NCBI GenBank assembly: GCA_963757355.1
Contig: CAVWRG010000003.1
Location: 2,609,842-2,673,841 of the forward strand
Direction: 5' to 3'
Origin: an uncultured Acidobacteriota bacterium
GTDB lineage: Bacteria; Acidobacteriota; Vicinamibacteria; Vicinamibacterales; CAVVIG01
Length of the DNA: 64,000 nt
This document shows, one piece after another, positions 57,457 through 64,000 of this stretch; the first letter of the stretch is position 1; every line of letters begins with the position of its first letter. The position numbers and the translations under genes were made by a program. The notes below the pieces were generated by a model. The model ran no database searches and was not told the origin of the DNA. It saw only the letters and a list, made by a program, of their open reading frames with translations.

Positions 57457-58188
57457 TCACCGCTGGAGCGCGTGCACGAACTCGGTCAAATCCGCGGGGT
57501 TCACGTCAGACACCGCCCAGAACGTCATCTCATCTCGAGTCCAGTGCTGGACCTGGAACCCGCGGATCGTTCGCGGTGGGACCGGCGTGTCACGCGGCGG
57601 AGCGGGCCAGACGAACACGTTGATGGTGTGTTGCCGCCGTTGATACACGAGAGCCGCGACTGGTCTGCCAGCGACGTAGTCGAGTCGACCGCCCACGAGT
57701 GGAAAGCCGATGGATGCGAGATCGGTGACGGGCGGTGAGAAATCCAACTTGCCGAGGAACCAGGGCTTCACCGTGTGCTGATCGGTCGAGCGCACGTCGA
57801 AGAGGTGCTGTTCCATCAGCGCCCGCACATGATCGCCGACGACGTCCTCGGCAATGGCGGTCGTCGCTTCTGCCGCGGTTCGCGCGCGCACGAGCACAAT
57901 CATCGCGCCGCCCAGCGACACGGCGATCGCCACCACCGCGGCCGCGGCAAGGAAGGTCGGCGTGAACCAGGACCGCTTGCGCGTGCCGAATACCTTGGCG
58001 CGAAGGCGATCGGGGGCCGGGTAGTACGGAACGCTCCTCACGAGGCGGCCGAGCGATTCACGCTCCGCGAGACGCCGGCGGCAGGCTGCACACGTCTGGA
58101 GATGCTCATGGACCACCGCCGATTCGCTCGGTGTGAGCTCACCGTCGACGTACGCGTCGAGCTGTTGCTCGCACTCACGACAATTCAC
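57457..58188 (-). CDS. Anti-sigma factor (zf-HC2 N-terminus, single TM, extracytoplasmic domain)
   Basis: MNCRECEQQLDAYVDGELTPSESAVVHEHLQTCAACRRRL is the zf-HC2 motif. The TM segment is FTPTFLAAAAVVAIAVSLGGAMIVLV. The gene overlaps the sigma gene by 14 nt. Confidence 0.85.
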   Translation of the reverse strand: MNCRECEQQLDAYVDGELTPSESAVVHEHLQTCAACRRRLAERESLGRLVRSVPYYPAPDRLRAKVFGTRKRSWFTPTFLAAAAVVAIAVSLGGAMIVLVRARTAAEATTAIAEDVVGDHVRALMEQHLFDVRSTDQHTVKPWFLGKLDFSPPVTDLASIGFPLVGGRLDYVAGRPVAALVYQRRQHTINVFVWPAPPRDTPVPPRTIRGFQVQHWTRDEMTFWAVSDVNPADLTEFVHALQR

Positions 58189-58717
58189 TGGTGTCTCCTG
58201 TCGACTCCGCAGAGGACTTCAGCCCGAGCAGCAACCGCTCACGCCCGCGTGCCAATCGAGACATCACCGTGCCGATGGGGATGTCGACGACGGTGGCGAT
58301 TTCTTTGTACGACAGCCCCTCGAGCTCGCGAAGGACCAGCACCTCCCGGAAGTCGGGCGGCAACGCTTCGAGCGCGCGCCGCACCCGCTCGACATCCTGC
58401 TGCTGAATCACCAATGCCTCAGGATCGAGCTCGAGGCCCGGGCGCTCGCCGATCACCTCGTCGAACACAGCCATCTTGTCGACGCCTCCCGATCGGGGCG
58501 CGAAGCGCCCGTACCACGTATTGCGCACAATCGAGAGCAGCCATGCGCGCGGATTGTCGCCGCGCAAGGAGGAGAAAAATCGCAACGCGCGCACGCACGC
58601 ATCCTGCACGACGTCCTCGGCTTCCGGATCATTCCTGGTCAGCCAGCGGGCGTAGTTGAACGCGGCGTCCAGGTGGGGCAGGACGATTTCCTCAAAACTC
58701 CGCTGAGTCATCGTCAA
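58175..58717 (-). CDS. ECF-type RNA polymerase sigma factor
   Basis: Region 2 is EAEDVVQDACVRALRFF..RAWLLSIVRNT. Region 4 is REVLVLRELEGLSYKEIATVVDIPIGTVMSRLARGR. Confidence 0.9.
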   Translation of the reverse strand: MTMTQRSFEEIVLPHLDAAFNYARWLTRNDPEAEDVVQDACVRALRFFSSLRGDNPRAWLLSIVRNTWYGRFAPRSGGVDKMAVFDEVIGERPGLELDPEALVIQQQDVERVRRALEALPPDFREVLVLRELEGLSYKEIATVVDIPIGTVMSRLARGRERLLLGLKSSAESTGDTSELS

Positions 58718-58964
58718 TGTTCCAGGACTCCGCGCGCTCGTCCATCAGTTCCGAGCCGGCTCCGCATCATCCCAGAACTATAGCGGCGATCACGGCGAAT
58801 GTGGACCCACGCCGCACCGCGATTCGATCCCTCCCCGTCGCGCTTAATGGCCCTTCTGGAGCGGTGGTCTGTTTGAAGAGACTCTCATTCCCGGCTTTTT
58901 ATTCCCGACACACCGCCGTTCGACCCCTGGAATAGATCGGCGGCTGGTCCGGTCTATACGCCGA

Positions 58965-59387
58965 ATGCTGCTACTCACTGGCCGACTGCATCCGCTGCTC
59001 GTGCACTTTCCGATCGGCCTCGTGCTCATTGCGGCGGCGGCGGAGTTGGTGGCGACGCTGACGAGCTCCTCCGCATGGCGTGTCGTCGCGATTGCCAACG
59101 TGCGCGCGGGAGCGACGTTCGCGGTGGTCGCCGCCATCGCCGGCTGGCTCCTGGCGCGAGGGCCAGGCGTTGAAGCGTCTGCCACGCTGGAATGGCACCG
59201 TTGGCTCGGGACGATGGCCGCAATGGCCGCCGTCGCGGCGGCGCTGGCCACAGCAGGCGCGGACGCGCCGTCGACGGTGCCGCGCTCGATCTATCGCGTC
59301 GCGTTGCTTGGGGCAGCGGCATGTGTGGCCGTCACGGGTCACTTGGGTGGAATTCTGGTGTGGGGCGCGGATTTTCTCCGTCCTTAA
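58965..59387 (+). CDS. DUF2231-like membrane protein
   Basis: GRLHPLLVHFPIGLVLIAAAAELVA.. with four hydrophobic segments. The C-terminus has VTGHLGGILVWG. Confidence 0.7.
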   Translation: MLLLTGRLHPLLVHFPIGLVLIAAAAELVATLTSSSAWRVVAIANVRAGATFAVVAAIAGWLLARGPGVEASATLEWHRWLGTMAAMAAVAAALATAGADAPSTVPRSIYRVALLGAAACVAVTGHLGGILVWGADFLRP

Positions 59388-59406
59388 AAGGAAGGTATTT
59401 GTGACG

Positions 59407-60624
59407 ATGAAGAAGCACGACGAGAACGAATGGGATCGGCGCGGGTTCCTGCAGTGCATGGCGTGGGTCGGCACCGGCGCGGTGTGGACGATGGCCGGCG
59501 GCGTCCTGAAGGGGATGCCGCTCGAGCAGGCGGCACGCGGGATGGCGAAGGGCATGGCGGGCATGGGCGGCAGCGGCCTGCGCTTCGTGCAGATCAGCGA
59601 CAGCCACATTGGCTTCGACAAGCCCGCCAATACCGACGTGACCGCCACGCTGCGTGCGGCCGTCGCGAAAATCAAGGCGGCGCCCGAGCAGCCATCGTTC
59701 GTGCTGCACACCGGCGATCTCACTCACCTCTCGAAACCATCCGAGTTCGACACGCTCCAGCAGGTGATGACGGAACTGGCGCTGCCGGTCTTCTACGTCC
59801 CTGGCGAGCACGACGTGTTGGAAGACGACGGCAAGAGTTATCTCCAGCGCTACGGGAAGGGGACGCAGGGCGCGGGCTGGCACAGCTTCGATCAAGCCGG
59901 CGTGCACTTCATCGGCCTGGTCAACGTCGTGAATCTGAAGGCCGGCGGTCTTGGCAGCCTCGGGAACGAGCAGCTCGAATGGCTCGAAAAGGATGTCAAG
60001 GGGCTGAAGAGCAGCACGCCGATCGTGGTCTTCGCGCACATTCCGCTCTGGTCCGTGTACCCGGAATGGGGCTGGGGCACCGACGACAGCGAGCGCGCGC
60101 TTTCGTACTTGAAGCGCTTCGGCTCGGTGTCCGTCCTGAACGGACACATTCATCAGGTGATGCAGAAGGTCGAAGGCCACGTGTCCTTTCACACGGCGAT
60201 GTCCACCGCGTTTCCACAGCCCGCACCCGGAACAGCGCCGTCCCCCGGTCCCATGAAAGTGGAGGCCGATCGGCTGAAGAAGGTGCTCGGTCTCTCGCGC
60301 ATGTCGTTCCACGACATCAATCACCCAATCGCGATCACGGACCTGCCGCTCGAGGACGAAACCAAGGCCGGCGGCATGGGCAAGGACATCGTGGTCGACA
60401 ACTTCAGCTTCGCTCCCGCGACGACCGCCGTGCCGGTCGGGACGGCGATCACCTGGACCAACAAAGATGACGTGCCTCACAACATCGTGAGCACCGACCA
60501 CAAGTTCAAGTCGCCCGTGCTCGACACCGACCAGCAGTTCTCGCACAGCTTCGACGCGCCGGGGACCTACAACTACTACTGCTCGATTCATCCGAAGATG
60601 ACCGGGCAGATTGTGGTGGGGTGA
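59407..60624 (+). CDS. Tat-exported metallophosphoesterase fused to a C-terminal type-1 (blue) copper cupredoxin domain
   Basis: Tat leader WDRRGFLQCMAWVGTGAVW. Phosphoesterase motifs are ISDSHIG, HTGDLTH, VPGEHD, FAHIPL and NGHIHQ. The cupredoxin domain is TWTNKDDVPHNIVS..YNYYCSIHPKMTG (His..Cys-x2-His-x2-Met). Confidence 0.8.
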   Translation: MKKHDENEWDRRGFLQCMAWVGTGAVWTMAGGVLKGMPLEQAARGMAKGMAGMGGSGLRFVQISDSHIGFDKPANTDVTATLRAAVAKIKAAPEQPSFVLHTGDLTHLSKPSEFDTLQQVMTELALPVFYVPGEHDVLEDDGKSYLQRYGKGTQGAGWHSFDQAGVHFIGLVNVVNLKAGGLGSLGNEQLEWLEKDVKGLKSSTPIVVFAHIPLWSVYPEWGWGTDDSERALSYLKRFGSVSVLNGHIHQVMQKVEGHVSFHTAMSTAFPQPAPGTAPSPGPMKVEADRLKKVLGLSRMSFHDINHPIAITDLPLEDETKAGGMGKDIVVDNFSFAPATTAVPVGTAITWTNKDDVPHNIVSTDHKFKSPVLDTDQQFSHSFDAPGTYNYYCSIHPKMTGQIVVG

Positions 60625-60627
60625 CCG

Positions 60628-61005
60628 ATGCATCGAGCAATGACGCCCTGGGCTCGAGCCTTCGTCGTCGCGGCCGTGCTGATCGCGGGTCGCACGGCCG
60701 CCACGGCCCAACCGGTACACGAGGTCCAGATCGTTGCGACGAAGTTTCAGTTCGAGCCTGCCGTGATTCAGGTCACGCCAGGTGAGTCCGTGCGGCTCGT
60801 GATTCGCTCCACGGACGGCACACACGGATTTTCGATTCCGAAGCTCGAGATCGACGCGCTCGTTCCCAAGGGCGGCGATCCAGTGACGGTGGAATTCGTC
60901 GCGCCGGCGGCGGGCCATTACGAAATCGCGTGCTCGGAATTCTGTGGGCGAGGTCACGGCCAGATGAAGGCCGCCCTCGTCAGTGCCGCTGCGGCCACTC
61001 GTTGA
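60628..61005 (+). CDS. Small exported cupredoxin with CuA-type motif (COX2 C-terminal-domain-like)
   Basis: Signal ARAFVVAAVLIAGRTAATAQ. The sequence THGFSIP...YEIACSEFCGRGHGQM fits His...Cys-x-Glu-x-Cys-Gly-x2-His-x2-Met. It starts 4 nt after the upstream stop. Confidence 0.75.
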   Translation: MHRAMTPWARAFVVAAVLIAGRTAATAQPVHEVQIVATKFQFEPAVIQVTPGESVRLVIRSTDGTHGFSIPKLEIDALVPKGGDPVTVEFVAPAAGHYEIACSEFCGRGHGQMKAALVSAAAATR

Positions 61006-61031
61006 ACGCACCAGGAGACGCAGTACCGGTG

Positions 61032-61265
61032 ATGCGCCCGATTCACGCCGCGATCACGATGGCGCGTCGTATGGCCGGCACGTTGTTGTGGTCGGCCCGC
61101 GACGAGGTCCAATGCCGGCTGGTGCCGTACGACAGCACGAGATACCAGCTCAGGCTCCTGCGGAAGGACGGCATGATCAGAAGCACACTCTGTCTCGATT
61201 ACGCCCAGGCGTTGAGGACATCTCACGAGTGGCGGCGACAGTGGGATGCGAACAGCGCGAGTTGA
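61032..61265 (+). CDS. Hypothetical 77-aa protein whose stop overlaps the higA start (TGATG)
   Basis: ATG at 61032. The sequence is MRPIHAAITMARRMAGTLLWSARDEVQCRLVPYDSTRYQLRLLRKDGMIRSTLCLDYAQALRTSHEWRRQWDANSAS. It has no RelE/HigB motifs. GC-rich third positions are consistent with coding. Confidence 0.45.
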   Translation: MRPIHAAITMARRMAGTLLWSARDEVQCRLVPYDSTRYQLRLLRKDGMIRSTLCLDYAQALRTSHEWRRQWDANSAS

Positions 61266-61612
61266 TGCCTACCGCCATCCATCCAGGCGAGCACCTGGCC
61301 GACGAACTGGGCATCTTGAAGATGAGTGCCTCTGAGCTGGCACGTCGGCTCAAGGTGCCGACGAATCGAATCACGGCGATTCTGAACGGTCAGCGCGCCA
61401 TCACGGGCGACACCGCTCTGCGCCTGGCGCACTTCTTTGGAACGACTGCTCAATTCTGGCTGAACCTTCAAAGCGCGTACGACCTCCGCGTCGCTGACGC
61501 GAAAGCCGGAAGCGTCATCAAAGAGCTGCCGAGGCTGAAGCGCGAGGAGATCGCGGGCCGGCGCGCCACGCTTCACGCGAAGGCCGCCCCGCGGACGCGG
61601 CGCAGGCGCTGA
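61265..61612 (+). CDS. higA: HigA-family antitoxin (XRE-type HTH)
   Basis: IHPGEHLADELGILKMSASELARRLKVPTNRITAILNGQRAITGDTALRLAHFFGTTAQFWLNLQSAYDL is the canonical HigA/VapI pattern. Confidence 0.85.
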   Translation: MPTAIHPGEHLADELGILKMSASELARRLKVPTNRITAILNGQRAITGDTALRLAHFFGTTAQFWLNLQSAYDLRVADAKAGSVIKELPRLKREEIAGRRATLHAKAAPRTRRRR

Positions 61613-61622
61613 CGGCCGGCAA

Positions 61623-62990
61623 TTAGAAATCCACGTGCACGCGAAGCATTTCGACCAGGACCGGCCCGCGGTCCTGGTTGTAGCCCGGATGGGCGATGTG
61701 CTGCAGGCCGCCCGACGCCGATAAGCCGCGCCAGACATGCGCTGTGTAGTACGTCTCGAGGATGTCTTCGCGACCATAGCGCAGCGTCCCGTCACCGAGC
61801 AGAAATCCCTGGCCGCCCAACGCCAGATACTCACGGTGCGCTGCCGACAGACCGTTGGACACGACGGCGACTCCGACCCGATCCTGCGATCGATGCCACG
61901 ACGCGCCGCTCAGATCTCCTCCGGCCTGCGCGCTGTTGTTCACTTCGGTGTACGCAAACGACTCGTTGTGACCTTCATTCCAACCGGCGCGCGCGAACAC
62001 GCGCACGAGTCTTGGAAACGTATATTCCGTGTTCACGCCGACTCCCGTTTTCACCCGGCCAGGCTGACGATAGGCGACGACGTCGGGCTTCGGATCGCGA
62101 CCGGCGAGAAACCCATTGATCGCCGCATCGTAGCTGCCCATGTTCGCGTGGTTCGCGTAGCCGAGCAACCTCACGGCCAGGCCCGTGGCTGGGCGTAGCT
62201 CGAGCTCGAGATTCTCCGCGCGCGCACGGGCGATGTCCCAGTCCAGGTGAATGCCGTTGGCGACGGTCGGCATCAACGCCTCTCCGAACCGCAGCGACCA
62301 TTTCGGCGTGTCGTACTCCACGATGGCGGCAAAGGTGTATCCCCGCGTGTCTGCCGCGTAGTCGTACGCGCCGTTGTTGTCGACCGTCCAGTTCGTGAAC
62401 TGGAGATGGCTGTCGCTGCCCACCGAGTTGACGTCGAAGAAGTCCGCCATCCCCAGCTTGCCGGCGCGGATCTCGAGTCGGCGCGCGGGGACGTGTGCGG
62501 CCAGCGACAAGGCGGTCGGCGTGACATCGACCACCTCGTCGCTGAGCGGAACGGTCACGTGCACCATCGCGCGGGCGATGTACGGCGCCGCGCCGAGCGT
62601 CGGGTTCCGGACGACGTCCAGGTTTGTGAATCCCGCCAACCCGAGCGCGTCGCTGAGGCCGCGACCGCCGGCGCTCTCGACGTCGAGGAGCAGTTCCGTG
62701 CGCCCCGGCAATGTGACGCCCGTGTAGATCGTCCACAGACGCGACAGCGCCTGCTCCGGATCCGGCCGCAGGCTGTTGTTGCCCTGGTACGGCGACGTGA
62801 ATCGTCCGTGCATCTGCGAGATGAGATTGACCTGTCCGGACAGCCACCAACGACTGTCATCCGGATGCGGAAACATCGTCGTCTCAGCCGGCGGCGCATC
62901 TGGGGCCATCTGTGCAGATACAAGGGTCACGCTGCCGACGACCAACAGCACGGAGAGACAGAAAGACCGAAGGCAATCTCGAACGAGCAT
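61623..62990 (-). CDS. OprB-family (carbohydrate-selective-type) porin
   Basis: Signal CLSVLLVVGSVTLVSAQ. Family motifs are SRWWLSGQVNLISQ, FTSPYQGNNSL and GLAGFTNLD. The C-terminus ..QHIAHPGYNQDRGPVLVEMLRVHVDF ends in Phe. Confidence 0.65.
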   Translation of the reverse strand: MLVRDCLRSFCLSVLLVVGSVTLVSAQMAPDAPPAETTMFPHPDDSRWWLSGQVNLISQMHGRFTSPYQGNNSLRPDPEQALSRLWTIYTGVTLPGRTELLLDVESAGGRGLSDALGLAGFTNLDVVRNPTLGAAPYIARAMVHVTVPLSDEVVDVTPTALSLAAHVPARRLEIRAGKLGMADFFDVNSVGSDSHLQFTNWTVDNNGAYDYAADTRGYTFAAIVEYDTPKWSLRFGEALMPTVANGIHLDWDIARARAENLELELRPATGLAVRLLGYANHANMGSYDAAINGFLAGRDPKPDVVAYRQPGRVKTGVGVNTEYTFPRLVRVFARAGWNEGHNESFAYTEVNNSAQAGGDLSGASWHRSQDRVGVAVVSNGLSAAHREYLALGGQGFLLGDGTLRYGREDILETYYTAHVWRGLSASGGLQHIAHPGYNQDRGPVLVEMLRVHVDF

Positions 62991-63004
62991 TGTGTCGTCT
63001 CTCC

Positions 63005-64000
63005 TCAGAGCCAGGCGTGAAAACGCCGAATGTACCAAGTCTTCACGCCCTGAGTGAGGGCACAATACGCGAGCAAGGTAACGGCGAGCCACGGGAAATA
63101 ACCCCACGGCAGACGGGCCATCCCGGTCGCGATCCCAAGGCGTGAGAACGGCAGGTAGATGCCAACGGCCATCACCCCAGTCGTCAGCAGCAACACTGGT
63201 AGTGCCGCAGTGCTTTGGATAAAGGGCACCTTCTTGGTGCGAATCATGTGCACGATGAGCGTTTGCGACAGCAGACCCTCAATGAACCAGCCCGATTGAA
63301 ACAGGCCCTGGCGCGCAACAGTCGACGCGCCGATTACGAACCAGAGCACGGCAAAAGTCGTCACGTCGAACACCGAGCTGATCGGGCCGATGTAGGCCAT
63401 GAAGCGCGCGATGCCGTTCGCATCCCACTTCCGTGGCTTGGTCAGAAATTCGGGATCCATGCGATCCCACGGCAGCGAGAGCTGCGAGAAGTCGTACAAC
63501 AGGTTCTGGATCAGCAACTGCACCGGCAACATCGGAAGAAACGGCAGGACCGCGCTCGCGATCAGCACGCTGAAGACATTGCCGAAGTTCGAGCTGGCCG
63601 TCATCTTGATGTACTTGACGATGTTGCCGTAGACCTCGCGCCCACGGAGCACGCCGTCCTCCAGCACCAGCAGACTCTTTTCCAGGAGAATGATGTCGGC
63701 CGACTCACGCGCGATGTCAGTCGCCGTGTCGACCGAGATGCCGACGTCGGCGTCCCGCAAGGCGGGCGCATCGTTGATGCCATCACCCAAATAGCCGACC
63801 GTGTGGCCGCGCCCCTGCAGCGCTCGCACGATCCGCGCTTTCTGCGCTGGCGTGAGCTTCGCGAATACGGCGGTCGATTCGGAGAGATCCGCGAGCTCCG
63901 CGTCGGACGCATCGTCGACCTCGTGGCCGAGCACGACGCGGTCGATTGGGAGACCGACGTCGCAGCACACGCGCCGCGTCACGACGTCGTTGTCCCCGGT
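63005..64000 (-). CDS. mgtA: Magnesium-translocating P-type ATPase MgtA, C-terminal part (gene continues beyond the window end)
   Basis: The frame is open to nt 64000 (TGDNDVV..). Motifs are GDGINDAPALRDADVGISV, IILLEKSLLVLEDGV, NIVKYIKMTASSNFGNVFS and LPMLPVQLLIQNLLYDFSQ. Confidence 0.9.
   Translation of the reverse strand, partial: TGDNDVVTRRVCCDVGLPIDRVVLGHEVDDASDAELADLSESTAVFAKLTPAQKARIVRALQGRGHTVGYLGDGINDAPALRDADVGISVDTATDIARESADIILLEKSLLVLEDGVLRGREVYGNIVKYIKMTASSNFGNVFSVLIASAVLPFLPMLPVQLLIQNLLYDFSQLSLPWDRMDPEFLTKPRKWDANGIARFMAYIGPISSVFDVTTFAVLWFVIGASTVARQGLFQSGWFIEGLLSQTLIVHMIRTKKVPFIQSTAALPVLLLTTGVMAVGIYLPFSRLGIATGMARLPWGYFPWLAVTLLAYCALTQGVKTWYIRRFHAWL

Noticed and set aside
59332-61011. 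559-aa minus-strand ORF
   Set aside because: It is antisense to the phosphoesterase-cupredoxin and CuA-cupredoxin genes and has no motifs.

Overview
High-GC bacterial chromosomal segment. Gene content (a PadR + ADOP-type duplicated FtsX permease pair, many Tat/Sec-exported proteins, c-di-GMP and ECF sigma signalling) suggests Acidobacteriota; this is inference only, since no database search was possible and every call rests on motifs read from the ORF track and the DNA.

Layout:
- Left edge: 3' part of a large serine recombinase whose ORF runs antisense through tRNA-Lys(CTT), probably the right boundary of an integrated element lying outside the window.
- Then a Cys/His protein with a Met-rich OMP-like protein, two tRNA-Arg, the NHEJ pair ligD-ku, and the GlgE alpha-glucan pathway (treS-mak fusion, glgE).
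- Then an HD-GYP/GAF/GGDEF protein, tRNA-His, a hybrid histidine kinase with a divergent response regulator, arfB, and PadR-ADOP.
- Then a ParB-N protein with a degenerate histidine-kinase-like tail, and several regulators (CadC-like/TPR, LuxR/TPR).
- Right part: an ECF sigma/anti-sigma pair divergent from a DUF2231 / Tat-metallophosphoesterase-cupredoxin / CuA-type cupredoxin cluster, a higA with a non-HigB partner, an OprB-like porin, and a partial mgtA.

No CRISPR array, rRNA, transposase or recognisable defence operon was seen.

Most unusual signals:
1. A dispersed set of hairpins built from tandem 6-8 nt oligomers. Two copies sit inside coding sequence: translated in frame in ligD, and at a frame break in glgE.
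2. Four conserved genes are interrupted by 1-nt frame changes, three of them at mononucleotide runs. This argues for homopolymer sequencing error rather than pseudogenisation.
3. Several gene relics (MarC half, sigma-factor tail, tandem C-terminal stubs of a membrane protein, an internally deleted ADOP permease).
4. Two candidate novel modules: the ParB-N/pseudo-kinase fusion and the ECF-linked copper-protein cluster.

The many long ORFs antisense to real genes are high-GC shadow ORFs and were rejected.
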